Of a DNA stretch of 64,000 bases, positions 35,247 through 49,161 are shown piece by piece. Positions within the stretch are counted from its first letter, which is position 1, and every line of letters begins with the position of its first letter. Made by a program: the position numbers and the translations under genes. Source of the stretch: Squalus acanthias (Eukaryota); contig CM059431.1 of the NCBI GenBank assembly GCA_030390025.1, positions 124,808,001 through 124,872,000 of the forward strand. The letters are read 5' to 3'. Below the pieces are notes generated by a model. That model was given only the letters and a program-made list of their open reading frames with translations, made no database searches and was not told the DNA's origin.

Positions 35247-36969
35247 TGTAAGGGATTCCTGACCCTGCGTGTCTCGCGGCCTGTGAGATTCACGTGGCTC
35301 TGTGCAGCCTGTATGTCAGTGCGGGTCTAGGCCTTGTTGCCTGTTCTGGTCTCCAGCCAGTCTGGGAACACTAGACACACCTGTGAGTGGTTCGAATCAC
35401 TCTCCCTTACGGTTCTAGACACTGGACTTAGATGCGAGAGCAGTAATGGAGATAAAACTCATGTAGACTTGGTTTGAATGGTACGAAATGGAAAATCTTT
35501 ATTGCATGATACTTAAAATTATGAAATACATGTCATAAGCACAGATTAATGACAGTACAATCTTACAAACAGTTATATAGTCGATCTTAGGGAAACGAGG
35601 AACGAACGGCACAAAGTAAATAGGGGCACACATTACAAATATCCTTAATCCTTAAACCCTCCCCTATCAATATCTATCCTAAACTAGCTTCGTAGGATCT
35701 CGAGACTCATGCTCACCACTCGTGATAACTCGGAGAAATTCCGAATAGCTGATCGGATGTTTTTCACCGCAGCACCCACGTGTCGGTCAGGAGATCTCCT
35801 GGTCCCACTTGTTTACTTGCTTCTGCTGCTCCGGCTAGCAGGCTGGACCGTCTGCTGTGCTGAAGACCTGTGTTGGTTGGCTTAACAGGTACTCTTGGAG
35901 CACAGTTGTCAATATCATCGATACGATGTGTTTTCACGTTCCAATCTCCTTGGACACAGTCCCGTTATCGTCGATGCAATATGTTTTGTTAAAAGTTCAA
36001 AAGAGAAATTTTCCTGGCGAGGAAAAACTTGGCTAATCGACCTACAGGCGCGGTCGGGATTTACTGACCGTGGCGATGGATATGGTCTTCCTCTCTTCTC
36101 ATCTCATCTCATCTCATCTCATCTCATCTCGGGCCTTTGGCTCCGCTGCCAGTTACCAACATAGGTCTTCGTTACGCGACACGAGGTAGATCCGAACGGA
36201 TCAGAAAGTTCAACAGTCTTTTCAGAAGAGGCAACAGGCAAGCAGAAGCCCAACTACGAGTACACAGGAGCAGCCACGAGGTTACGAATCGACCGGATAA
36301 AAGCACAGGAGCAACCGAGCGAATGCAAGAGCAAGAGAGAGAATGGACGGTTTGGAGCCTGCAATTATAGTGCAAAATCTTCCGTTTCCCGCCCAACTAT
36401 AATGTCCATTCTTTTGTTTAGGGTTTGGCGCCCAAATGTCTTGTATGGGTGATCTCCGTTCTTAATGGGTTTCGGGGCTACTCGTAAATGTCTGAGTACC
36501 TGTTAATATTTCTCCCATTGTTAAATCGGTCGGTGTTCTCCCTGGAGGGGTTTGGGGCTTCCAAGTGTCCTGTATAACTACCTGCTAACGGCTCTCTCAT
36601 CGTAGAGTCGTTGGGATTTTACATATTAATGTCCTTTGGATGGGCCCTTGATTACTCGGTACAATGGCTTTCCTTTGTACCTGGGAGACCGATTCCAGTA
36701 TCTATGTTTATACTGCAAACCCATAATGTCTCGTGTATTATCTTCACTGTGCTGCATCTTAATCGATCTTGCACAAATGTTTATTGGAACGCCATCTTGT
36801 CTGCCTGTTGAAAAGTCTAGAATGTTCTGTCACGAGGTGCGGCGGCCATTTTACAGGCTGCTTGTGTCCAATTTAAACCTGCCAGCATTCTGCTGAAATA
36901 AAAGCTGTTTGAACGAAACTTTGTGTTTTCTCCTTATTAATCACATCGCGATATATTGCGAATTCTACA
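35247..36969 (-). mobile_element. Solo LTR, 1723 bp, related to 18311-19926
   Basis: TGTAA...CTACA termini; perfect 4-bp TSD ATAG (35243-35246 / 36970-36973); shares blocks with the other LTR in reverse, e.g. CACCTGTGAGTGGTTCG..CCCTTACGGTTCTA..CACTGGACTTAG and GCGGCGGCCATTTTACAG. Confidence 0.88.
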
Positions 36970-38382
36970 ATAGAGGGGTGAGGCAGAGAGTAAATTTACA
37001 GCAAAAAGGAGGGGGAGAATAAAACAAAATAGGATCAGTTCTATTGACTTATTTCTGGATTGTACTGGGATAAATAAACAAAGTTCAGAGAATTGTTACT
37101 GGAACGGTATATAAATGTGCAATGTCATTCAATTAACAATTCTGACTGCATGTAACATCAGTGGAATCACAAGAAAAATTATTGATGAGTTAAAAAAAAA
37201 TAGAAATGATTATGAAAAGGAGTAATGTTATAAGCGTAGCATCCATTCCTGTCCTAAATTGCTTCACCAGTCAAATATATTTCCTGTTAACTTGTATGTT
37301 TATTCATAACTAACTTTATTAATTTTACAGATATATTTGCAAAAGCAAATTCTCAAAGCAGGTCCATGAATACTCATGGTACCAGTGTTAACTATATCTG
37401 AGTAGAAATGTAAGTAGCACAGTGACAATTAGCAGAAAAAATGTTTCCAAATGGCTTGCCTTCCACTCAGCATTGATCCCTATCATAAAAGTTTAATACA
37501 TCATGTTGCATTCACAGCATATTCCAATTAAATTTTCTTTGATTCCATTTTGACCATAGTCTGAAAGGTAAAAGGACACGGTGAAGATTTAAAGGCATTC
37601 TAAGCAGCTCCTAGCTATATTGACATGTTACCCTTGCCTCATATATTCGTATGGAATACTTGATAACCTTGCTGCAAAAATCAATATCCAAATTAATTTA
37701 AGAATGCCATTTGATCCTCATGATCAAAGTGGTCTAAATTAACTCAAAAGCATCCATGACAGGTCCTAAGATATTCTTTCAGATAAATACATTAAGAATG
37801 TCATGGGGATGTCTGTGTGAGGCACAGAAACAGGCATTAAGGGGTTTGACTGGATCTTTTACTGGTGATACTGCTTGCAAGGGTTGCCAAAATGTTATGG
37901 CAGAATGTACAGACTGCAGCTTGATGCAAGTTTTCACACTGGCACACACCAGCTTCAGTCAAGGAAAAAGGGGCTGCCTGTCCCAGGAGGAGAAAGGTGG
38001 GTCACTGTAGACTGTGGTCTAGTTAGTGGAAAAATGACAGTGAATAAATGAGGATGAAAAGCTGGTTTTGTGCAAGGATAAAAGTCGTTCTTTTGTTGGA
38101 AAAACTGTTTTAAGTGAAGAGCGAAATGAACATGGAATGCATTTTAGCTGGAGTGAAACTGAGAGCTCTAATTACAAGTAGTGATGGAGATGATTGTATA
38201 CTGTGTGGAACATGATGCTTCCTGAACTGCTGGAACTGTGGAAGCATCAAGCTAGGGGAGGTATGGACAAGTAATGTGTCATGTAAGATTAAATAAATAT
38301 TCTGGAGTTTTATTTAAAATACATTTGTTAATCTTTTTCTCAGTTGATGAAATCAGGTGGAATCAATGATAAAACGGCTCTT

Positions 38383-38624
38383 GGGACACATTTTCCTGTT
38401 CCTATGATTGGGCATATTGGATCAACTGGGCATAGCAAATAAAGGAAACTTGGGCGGAGAGGATTACACACCCAAGAGGGAGTCTGCCCGATTTTCTATC
38501 CATTGAATTGGAAAATCGGGCGGGTTCCTTCATGAGCATGTGATTTTCCCTGTCTCATTTTCTCCTATTCACTGCACAAGGGTTATCCAATATGCACAGG
38601 TGCAAGAACAGAAAAATGTGTCCT
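38383..38624. mobile_element. Palindromic MITE, ~240 bp
   Basis: GGGACACATTTTCCTGTTC / GAACAGAAAAATGTGTCC ends; inner arms GCATATTGGAT/ATCCAATATGC and GCCCGATTTTC/GAAAATCGGGC. Confidence 0.75.
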
Positions 38625-39811
38625 CTCATCTCATTGCTTTTGCAGAATGGCTACTGTGTTTTGCCTGAAGAAGAAAAGTTACTGCACTCCAATAGTAATT
38701 CATTGTGTGAATGCCTTTGAGACACGTTAAGACACTATATAATGCACATTTTTTTATCCTTCAGGGTCTGTTAAAGGAACAGGCTTGATGGAATGAATGC
38801 TCTTTTGTTGTTCCATGCTTTCTTATATTCTTTTGTTTAAGAACTACCAACCTTTTGGTTCATGCAAGTAGATGTATTCCAGGGTAATACATTACCCTTC
38901 TTATTATGCAATTTTTGAATTGCTACTAATTAGAACGTAATAAAGTGTTTACTGGTTATATGCGGTGTATTTTATTTCTTGTTTCGGTTGATACACGCCC
39001 ATTAACTACACCGCATATACCTTCACCTTCAAACTAAAAAGTTAAAAGTGAGGGCTTTTAGTTACATCACTGATTATCGAAAATATGTTTCCAGTGTGAA
39101 TTGCAGTAATAAATGACATGGGAACTATCCATTAAAATGATCATCAGCGCATACAGAGCATAGTGACACCATTACATCACAGAAGAGATCAAGAAGTATA
39201 ACCGTTATTATAAGGACAATTTTAATGGGTTATTTAAATGTTCTGCTTTTAACCAGTTCATTGGCGTCACTGCAGTTGCTCAGGGAACATTCTGTCATTT
39301 GGTCTTCCATTTTCTCTAATGCATGGATGAAGGAGAAGTAGCTGTTTCAGGTTTTAAAAATTCATCACTTTCTAGAATACCCTTGGAAGTCAGTTCATCA
39401 TCTTTATTATTTGCAGTATGTTTTGGGCTATTTTGGTGAACTATAATTTTTACCCAAGTTAAATATTACAGTACAGTGTTTACTAATTAAATTATCCTTC
39501 ATGATTAGTTTGCTGATATGGAAAATAAAAATAAATATAATCCAAACCTTCCTGAAAGTAATTTGAAATATAAATCCAGGCACTCCTCCATTATAATCAT
39601 ATGAAAGATTATGAGTAGGGGAGGAAAGAATCAATGCAGTTTGTTTAATTTTCACAAAACAGAATTAGCAAAACTCCAACAGTGAAAACTGTTCTTTCCC
39701 ATAAAAAACAGCTGTTAACATCTTTACTTTAATGCTGAGCAATATTTTATTCAAACAAACCTGTGCTACAGCATCTGTCTGTTTAACTGTTTTAAATTGA
39801 GTCTTTACTAT

Positions 39812-40215
39812 ACGTCAGCTTGACTCAGTTGGTGGCACTTTCACCTCTGATGCAGAAGGTTAAAGGTTCGAGCCCCACTCAAGGATTTAAGTACATTATC
39901 TAGTCTGATACTTCAATACAGTAATGAAGGGGTTTTACCTTTGGGATGAGAAGTTAAACTAAGGTTCGGTCTAGGTAGACATAAAATACCTGATGGCAGT
40001 ATTTAAAGAGCTGGGTGTTGTCGTAATCAATATTCCTTCCTGAACAAAATAGACTAAATAGTAATTTATCTCATTCGCTGTTTTTGAGATCTTGCGTGTA
40101 AGCTGGGTGTTGCTCCCATGTATATTTATATAAAAACAGTGACTATATTTCAAAATAATCCATTGGATTTGAAGTGCTTTGGCTTGCCCTGAGTAGTAAG
40201 ATGCTGTTTAAATGT
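39812..40215 (+). mobile_element. Degenerate Deu-domain SINE
   Basis: TGACTCAGTTGG A box, GGTTCGAGCCC B box, decayed body. Confidence 0.7.
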
Positions 40216-40704
40216 ACGGCATGCACAGTGCAGTGGGGCTCAGCACTTTGTTTGATTTATAGAAACAGCATCAGTTAAACTCTCAAAGCACGATAACCAA
40301 GATACTGTATACATTTCATCAGGATCATTTTAATTAGATTTGACTGATAAGACAGTTTTTTTGCTCAGCTTATTATGAATTAAATGGGTTACAGACTTTG
40401 GGTAATTTTCACAAATCAAATACACAGCATGTGATTCTTCCTAGTTCTATAAATCACAGTGTAAAATGTCATAAGATTTTAAAAAAACAGTTCTGACGAT
40501 TCCAGCATCATTAAAGTCTGGATGCAAGTCTCTAGAGTAAGCAGAATAAATGACTAATATACACAAAGCAATATCTAATGTTAGCTTATAAAATAATTAA
40601 TCATTACTTCACTGTTTTTGTAAAGGGCAGTTCAATGATAATGGTATTTTCTGTATGGAAAGTTTAGCACAAAGAGTCTGTTTTACTTTGCAGTCTTACT
40701 CCAT

Positions 40705-42466
40705 GGCCGCGATTTCGCCTACCGAGGCGGGCTAAGTGCGGCCGAGATAGGTGGCGGACTGCAACTCCACTCCCGGTTCCATCCCGCTCTGTTGAAGTGA
40801 TTTTGCCCTGATTGGGCTTGTTAAGCCCGCCTGCGAGGTTCCCGACCAATTAAAAAGAAGCGGGTCTGATGACGTCATTTGATGATGCGTTATCAGCTAG
40901 TTTCCTTAAAGGGACCATGTGCGCATTCATTTTACCAGTTGTGCTGTCAGTGTTCTACAGCATTGAGGTGCTGCAAACACTGACAAGCACTGCACAAAGG
41001 TGCACGTCTGCACCCCGGCTCTCCCATGACTTCCTCCGTATGCTTATGGAGGGAGTCACAGCATGCAGGGAGGTTCTCTTCCCTTCCAATGGGTGGACGA
41101 GACCTCCCCAGGAGACCAATGCAGCCTGGTTGCACATTGCACAGGAGGACACAAGCAGGGATGTCGTCAGGAGGACCTGGCTGCAGTAGCACAAACCTTT
41201 CAATAATCTCAGTAGATCATGAAACATTACTGCAAAGCCACACTCAACCTCATCCTGCTGTGCCACTCATCACATCCCCATCACTCTGCCTTCCCTACCC
41301 TACTCCTGCATATCCTTACTCACACCAACTTACCTTGCATCTCCACCCATCCCTCTCTATCTACATTATCACATCCCCATCTCACTAGCCACCCCTCACA
41401 CTCACCCTCATCCTTGTCCAATCATACCAACTAACAACACACAAGGGTAGGCACTTGGGCATTTTAGCCAATGTTAATGTAGAGTTTCTTCTAATGTGTT
41501 GTCAAACATTGAAACCTTTATTTTGAACACTTTGCCTTCTTGGACAGATTTGTGTGCACCTTTGTAAGTGGCTTTATGAGTTGTAGTGAATGGTGAGACA
41601 TAAGGGCACCCCCCGCAATAGTGATGAGTGTTAAAGGAATGGCTTGTCATTGTAGGGATGCTTTATGGTGCTGGTGTGGGGTGGTGCCAACCTGGCACAT
41701 CATGTGGCAGCCATGGTGTACAGTGTCAAGTGAAGTAAATCTGGCCATGCTGAGGCCATCCTTGGCCTCCCGGGCCACAATGTGGTCAGGTGCTGGTGCC
41801 CTGTGTCCTGTCCAGCATCAAGTGATAGCAGAGAAGGTTGGTGTTGTTGTTGGTGCTGCTGGTGTGCCTGGTAATGTTGGTGTTGGGGCTGATTGTGGAG
41901 GGATTCTGAGGATCAAGGTGAGATTTTTTGAAGGGCACCGATGCTGATGGAATAGATGGCAGCTGAAGTTGAGATGACAGAGGTTGTTCCAAGGAGGTGA
42001 CAGTGGATAGAGAGTTTACTCCAAACACTTCCAAACTGCATAAAGCTCAAAAGTGTGTTCCAAATCCTGAAGGCTCCAGCTTCTCAAATTGGAAATTGAA
42101 CAGCTGTGAAATGGTAGCTTTTATACCACTTTTGCAACTGCCAACTATTCAGAAGAATGGAGAGTCATTGACAGCCCGACCTACTTACCTGACGTGATGC
42201 CCGAGCCAGGATCTCTTGAAAAAGCTGGTAAAATGGAAAGTAGAAGGTAAAATAGTGTTTAAGTACCTTTTAACAATCTTTTAAGTATCTGAATTGGCTC
42301 ACCCGCCGCTTGGTGTCGGGTCTGTAACGCGCAGACAGACCCGACACTTGGGAAACTGACATGGAGGCGGGTTGACAGCGGGATACCACCCCGCTGTCAA
42401 TCTTTTCGATTTTGACAGCGGACACGCCTCCGAACCCACCCTCTGAGTGCCAGCAAAATTCCGGCC
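40705..42466 (-). mobile_element. Harbinger deletion derivative, same family as 27036-28809, opposite orientation
   Basis: GGCCGCGATTT ... AAATTCCGGCC; Myb exon 1 on + (ORF 40869..41189 closely similar to 28069..28647). Confidence 0.87.
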
Positions 42467-42820
42467 CTTGTGTGTAAAAGTGAAGCTGTTTCTGCTCGGG
42501 AATGAAAAATGTTAAAGTGTTAAAAAAAACCTGATATTTACTTTGTAACATCATCCTTCAAATGAATGGTGACATGTTTGAAAATGAATGGAAGGTCATC
42601 GACCTGAAACGCTCGCCCGGATATTAATATGAAGGCAGCTTCCGAGCTGGGTGGTGGAGTTGTGTGGGTGAATCCTGGAAGTCAAATAAATGGGTAGGAA
42701 TCTGTGATCTCAACTCAATGGTACCAATGAATTTTGACTTCCGGTTTTCGCAGCTCTAAGCTTCGCAGAGGGAGTGATGCGCATTCGCAGGACACGATGT
42801 GATCTCTAATTAAAGGGACA

Positions 42821-43093
42821 ATGCACGAATGGAAGTTGAAGGTGTTTAGAATGTATGGTGGACATAGAGCAAGTGCAGCACCCAGATTTAATGATGGCTC
42901 ACTGGAATTGCTGTTGGGAGCAGTCAGAAGCAGGAGGGACAGACTTTTCCCCAGCAATGGGAGGAAGAAACCTATGGCTCTCACCAAGAAGGCTTGGGTG
43001 GAGGTAGCTGAGGAGGTGAGCAGCAGGAACGTTGTGCCTCAGTGTTGGATACAATGTAGGAGGTAGTTTAATGACATACCCAGGTCAGGAAAA
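42821..43093 (+). pseudogene. Harbinger Myb/SANT-like gene exon 1 (duplicated at 48631-48894); later exons at ~44994/46588-46740 and ~46883-47760
   Basis: AAPRFNDGSLELLLGAVRSRRDRLFP...KKAWVEVAEEV...QCRR*FND then donor AAA|GTGAGT; one premature stop. Confidence 0.85.
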
Positions 43094-43360
43094 GTGAGTA
43101 CATTTGCTGATTCAACTACATCCTGTGCTTTAAGCCCCAACCCCTTTCACTTTGTCTTACTAAATGTTCTCCATCACATCATTTTTCACACCCACTCAAC
43201 TTTCTACAGCACCCAGCCATCACTTTCCATGCACTTCATCACCTCCCCATTTATCCATCCACTTTTGCCACTCATCCCCAATCCTAATGCAATGTGATGC
43301 ATCTGTCTAATAGTCACCCTCACCGAATGCACTGCATCCATCAGGTGAATACCTAATACG

Positions 43361-44951
43361 ACAGCAAAATACTGCGGATGCTGGAAATCCGAAATAACAA
43401 CAGAAAACACTGGAAAAACTCAGCAGGCCAGGCAGCATCCGTGGAGAGAGAAACAGAGTTAACGTTTCAGGTCGAAGACCTTTCGTCAGAACTGGAAAAA
43501 AGCAGGAAATGAAATAGATTTAAAGCAAGGATAAAGCTGGGAAAAGGGGGAGGGGATGAAAGAACAAAGGGAGAGATTAAGAGACATTGAGAGACATTAA
43601 GAGATGATCAAGGCAAGAGGAGGTGTTGATGTAACAGGTTGAGGCTAAATGAAGTGTGAAATGCACTGGCAGAATGAAGGACAGCTGCCAGCTTCTGGGA
43701 GGAAAAAAAAGGGTGGGGGCAAACAAAAGGGTGGATGAAAAAATAAAATAAAATATAAATGTGATAGGGGCTGAGGTTATGATCTAAAATTGTTGAACTC
43801 GATATTGAGTCCAGAGGGCTGTAGGGTGCCTAAACGAAAGATGAGGTGCTGTTCCTCGAGCTTACGCTGAGCTTCCGTGGAACAGTGTAATAGGCCGAGG
43901 ATGGCGAGGTCAGAGTGGGAGTGGAGCGGAGAATTAAAGTGACAGGCCACTGGGAACTCGGGGTCCCCCTTACGGACTGAACGGAGGTGTTCCGCAAAGC
44001 GGTCACCCAATCTGCGTTTGGTCTCCCCAATGTAGAGGAGACCACATCGTGAGCAGCGAATACAGTATACTAAATTGCAGGAAGTACAAGTAAAACGCTT
44101 TTTCACCTGGAAGGGGTGTTTGGGGCCCTGGACAGTGGGAAGAGAGGAGGTATAAGGGCATGTGTTGCATGTCCTGCGCTTGCACGGGAAGGTGCCGGGC
44201 GAAGGGGAAGGGGTGGTGGTAGAGGAGTGCACTAGGGTGTCGCGGAGGGAGCGGTCCCTGCGGAATGCTGAAAGGGGAGGTGAGGGGAAGATGTGTTTGG
44301 TGGTGGGATCACGCTGGAGGTGGCGGAAATGGCGGAGGATGATCCGTTGAATGTGGAGGCTGGTGGGGTGAAAGGTGAGGACAAGGGGAACTCTATCGTG
44401 GTTCCGGGAGGGAGAGGCAGGGGTGAGGGCAGAAGTGCGGGAGATAGAACGGACACGGTCGAGGGCTGTGTCAACCACAGTCGAGGGGAATCCTCAGTTG
44501 AGGAAAAAGGAAGTCATGTCGGAAGCACTGGTATGGAAGGTGGCATCGTCAGAGCAGATGCGGCGGAGACGGAGAAACTGGGAGAATGGAATAGAGTCCT
44601 TACAGGAGGCGGGGTGGGAGGAAGTGTAGTCCAGGTAGCTGTGGGAGTCAGTGGGCTTGTAGTGAATGTTAGTCAATAACCTATCCCCAGAGATGGAGAC
44701 GGAGAAGTCGAGGAAGGGAAGGGAAGAGTCGGAGATGGACCATGTGAAGCTGAGGGAAGGGTGGAAATTGGAAGCATAGTGAATGAAGTGTTCTAGTTCA
44801 GGGCGAGAGCAGGAGACAGCACCGATACAGTCATCAATGTACCGGAAAAAGAGGTGAGGGAGGGGACCTGAGTAGGACTGGAACAAAGAGTGTTCTACAT
44901 ATCCCACGAAAAGGCAGGCATAGCTAGGACCCATGCGGGTACCCATAGCCA
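43361..44951 (-). mobile_element. Penelope-like element (Neptune-like), 5'-truncated: RT C-terminus, GIY-YIG endonuclease and pLTR
   Basis: AMGTRMGPSYA, FRYIDD, YKPTDSHSYL; linker CKRRTCNTC; LVYCIRC..CGLLYIGETKRRL..RF.EH; one in-frame TGA at 44494-44496. Confidence 0.93.
43456..43494 (-). ncRNA. Minimal hammerhead ribozyme motif in Penelope pLTR
   Basis: Same core as 22605-22643, sense to the Penelope ORF. Confidence 0.75.
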
Positions 44952-44997
44952 TAACCTTCACTCACTCACAGGTCTTTTTTTTGCCCCTTGTAGGAGT

Positions 44998-46587
44998 AGA
45001 ATGGATAGCTAGCTGGTTTCAGGGGTAAAGGGTAGCTATTCAGAGTGGCTGAAGGTGGGAAGTGGGGTCCCACAAGAACCAGTGCTGGGACCAATGCTGT
45101 TCACTATTTATATTAGCGATTTAGACTTTGGAATCTAAAACACAATTTCTAAATTTACAGATGACACTAAATTCGGAGGAATAGTTAATACTGAGGAGGG
45201 CTGCAACAAATTACAAGGCCGAGATTTTGAGGCACAGCAGGATGAGGTTGAGTGTGGGTTTGTACTAATGTTGCATGATCTACTGAGATCATTGAAATGT
45301 TTGTGGCACTGCACCCAGGCTTGCCTCACCACATCCCTGCTTGTGTCCTCCTCTGCAATGTGCAACCAGGCTGTGTTGATCTCCTAGGGAGGTCTCTTCC
45401 ACCCACGGGAAGGGAAGAGGACCTCCCTGTGTGCTGTGGGAGAGCCTGGGTGCAGCCCTGTGCCTTTATGCAGTTATTGTCAGTGTTTGCAGCACTTCAA
45501 TGCTGTAGAACACTGACAGCACAAGTGTGAAAATAAAGTTGGCCATGGTCCCTTTATGGAAACCGGCAGAAAACGCGTCATCAAATTACGTCACCAGAGT
45601 CACTTCCTCTAATTGGCCGGGAAAAGCGCTGGGTGGGCTTAACAAGCCCTATCAAGAGAAATGCATTTCAGGCAGCGGGATGGAGCCAGCAGCGGGCTTG
45701 GGAGCCGGCTCCGACATCGCCCGCCACGGACCTGCCAAGGTCAGCAAAATCGCGGCTCAAGACATTAATAAACTTGCAGAATAGGCATATAATTGGCAAA
45801 TGAATTTCAACACAAATAAACGTGAGGTATTACATATTGTTAAGAAAAAAAAGGAGGTTACATATTACTTGGAAAATAAGAATCTAAATGGGGTAAAAGA
45901 GCAAAGGGATCTTGGAGTACAAATATACAAATCACTAAAAGTAGCGATGCAGTTTAATATGGCCATATAAAAGGAAACCAAGTACTAGGGTTTATTTCTA
46001 CAGGGATAGAATTGAAAAGTAGAGAAATTATGCTAAACTTGTATCGAACCTTGGTTAGACCACACTTGGAGTATTATGTACAATTCTGGTCACCATATTA
46101 TAAAAAGTATATAGAGGCACTGGTGTGGGTACAAAAAAGACTTACAAGGATGATACCAGAAATGTGAGGGTATACCTATCAGGACAGGATGAATGGGCTG
46201 GATCTCTTTTCTCTAGTAAAGAGAAGGCTGAGGGGGTGACCTAATAGAGGTCTTTAAAATTATGAAAGGTTTTGATAGATGAGACACACAGAGAATGTTT
46301 CCAATTGTGGGGAAGAGCAAAATTAGAGGCCATCAATATAAGATAGTCAACAAGAAATCAAATAGGGAATTCAGAAGAAACTTCTTTACCCAGAGAGTGG
46401 TGAGAATGTGGAACTCGCTACCACAGGGAGTGGTTGAATTGAATAGTATAGATGCATTTAAGGGGAAGCTAGATGGTTATACTGATAGAGTTAGGTGAGG
46501 AAAGACGGGAGGAGGCTCGAGTGGAGCATAAACGATTGGGTCGAATGGCCTGTTTCTGTGCTGTATGTCCTATGTAATCCTATGTAA
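44998..46587 (+). mobile_element. CR1 3' part inserted at the start of Myb exon 2
   Basis: [14 protein letters not shown], LVRPHLEY, FFTQRVVRMWNSLP; tail CCTATGTAATCCTATGTAA. Confidence 0.9.
45217..45757. mobile_element. Harbinger MITE nested in CR1, TSD CAA
   Basis: CAA|GGCCGAGATTTTG ... CAAAATCGCGGCT|CAA; contains a Myb exon-1 remnant. Confidence 0.88.
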
Positions 46588-49161
46588 GAGAGGGCAAAAA
46601 CACAAGGGCGAGGGAGAGGACTAGAGGTGGGCACCACAAATAGTCACTAACAGATGCAGAGGAGGAGGTCCTGGAGAAAAGTAGCACATCTGTATCCCTC
46701 TCAGTCGGAGATGGAGTGACAGGGAGCTCGTAGGTAGCTGGTGCCAGAATTACAAATATATCTGACACACATATGCTGACTTTATTTCATCAATGACTGG
46801 ACAATGAGAAGACTGAGTATGGTGAGTGTCAAGATTGTGACTTTGCCACGACTAAATCTTATCCCTTTCTTTTGACTTCCAGGACCTTCATACATACAGC
46901 AAGTGTCACAGGATATCCATGAGGTTGATTCCTCAGAGGACCTTACTCCTTCTGAGAGTGAACCATCACAGGATGTACAGCCATGCACCAGCGCAAATAC
47001 TCGCACTTCTATGGCGAGTATTTGCGCTTGGGGGGGGCGCAATCCACTCGAAGCTCTGTGCAGCTGGACATAAATGCTGAACCCCGGGGGCTATCGTTGA
47101 GAAGGAGAATGCTAGAAGTGCATCAGCAACTTAGTGAGGTACTAACAGACATGCCACACAAACTCTCCACAATAGCAGGGAGGCTGAAAGGGTCCAACTC
47201 AATTGCTTGTGGATTGGTGACGCAGGGAATTGCGACACTATCTGCCATGGAGTGAGTGGCCGCCTCCATGGAGCTTCAAGCATGGCTCTCAAATGAGTCC
47301 ATGCAGGCTATGTCCACGGCCATGCAGAAGATGTCTACTGCCTTAAACAGGATGATAGACACCGTATCAGTGGCCTTACAATGTGCCACTGAGCTCCACC
47401 AAGCTGGTCTGCAGCAGAGTGGTAGGAGTGATGTGGCGCTGGCCCAGGAGAGGGATGATGGCAAAAGGGGACATGGAAGTGGGAATTCCACTCAAAGTGC
47501 TCCCACTTCCCACCCGTTGTCCCCCCACCCCCCAGCCATTACCCAACATGCTGCCTCGTCTCCCCATGGACGAATCTGCCCCAGCACAGGTGAATGTGGA
47601 TCAGTCTTTAGCAGGGCCCTAAGGGGTTCCAAAACCAGGAGAGCATAGGCCAAAAGCATCTCAGCAGTCAAGGCAGGATCTGAGCAGCCTGCCTTACCTC
47701 TGCTGAAGCCACACGGGATGCACCATGCAGAAACAATAGGAAGCATAAGGTCAAGAAATTGTAATTCACCAAGGGTATGCACATGTGTTTAACAAATGTT
47801 ATATTGTTAAGTTTCCTTTTTTTTATGATGGCAGATAAAATATATTGATTAGCAACATTTCCATGTCTTGCCTATTATTGCATCCTGAGTGTCAACTTGC
47901 CCTTTAACTTGCTTCATGATGAATGTCAATATATGACAGGACCCATTGGGCGGATGTGCAATGGGCGGATGAGTGGTTCAAGGACTGTTTTATCTAAAGG
48001 GAGGGGTGGGGGGCGGGGTGGTCCTGGTGGTAGGAGTGGATCGCAGGATTCCATTTCTTATGTTTCACACTAGGTGTACCTTCGCAATATATGGGCAACC
48101 CTGGCATCCCGGGCAGCAATATAAGGGGTTGGTCTGGCAAAGGATGCCCCACCTTCTTCCTCCTCCTCCTCATCCTCATCAATGTTCTTCTCATCCAAAG
48201 ATGACTGATGAGCACCTTCGTCCTCCTCCACCTGAAATCCTCTCTGCTGTGCTGTGATGGCCACAAAATTCCGGCCCTTGTGTGTAAAAGTGAAGCTGTT
48301 TCTGCTCGGGAATGAAAAATGTTAAAGTGTTAAAAAAAACCTGATATTTACTTTGTAACATCATCCTTCAAATGAATGGTGACATGTTTGAAAATGAATG
48401 GAAGGTCATCGACCTGAAACGCTCGCCCGGATATTAATATGAAGGCAGCTTCCGAGCTGGGTGGTGGAGTTGTGTGGGTGAATCCTGGAAGTCAAATAAA
48501 TGGGTAGGAATCTGTGATCTCAACTCAATGGTACCAATGAATTTTGACTTCCGGTTTTCGCAGCTCTAAGCTTCGCAGAGGGAGTGATGCGCATTCGCAG
48601 GACACGATGTGATCTCTAATTAAAGGGACAATGCACGAATGGAAGTTGAAGGTGTTTAGAATGTATGGTGGACATAGAGCAAGTGCAGCACCCAGATTTA
48701 ATGATGGCTCACTGGAATTGCTGTTGGGAGCAGTCAGAAGCAGGAGGGACAGACTTTTCCCCAGCAATGGGAGGAAGGCTCTCACCAAGAAGGCTTGGGT
48801 GGAGGTAGCTGAGGAGGTGAGCAGCAGGAACGTTGTGCCTCAGTGTTGGATACAATGTAGGAGGTAGTTTAATGACATACCCAGGTCAGGAAAAGTGAGT
48901 ACATTTGCTGATTCAACTACATCCTGTGCTTTAAGCCCCAACCCCTTTCACTTTGTCTTACTAAATGTTCTCCATCACATCATTTTTCACACCCACTCAA
49001 CTTTCTACAGCACCCAGCCATCACTTTCCATGCACTTCATCACCTCCCCATTTATCCATCCACTTTTGCCACTCATCCCCAATCCTAATGCAATGTGATG
49101 CATCTGTCTAATAGTCACCCTCACCGAATGCACTGCATCCATCAGGTGAATACCTAATACG

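Noticed and set aside
42821..43093. Host NAIF1/MSANTD gene
   Set aside because: Premature stop, inside Harbinger termini, interrupted by TEs and multi-copy in the window
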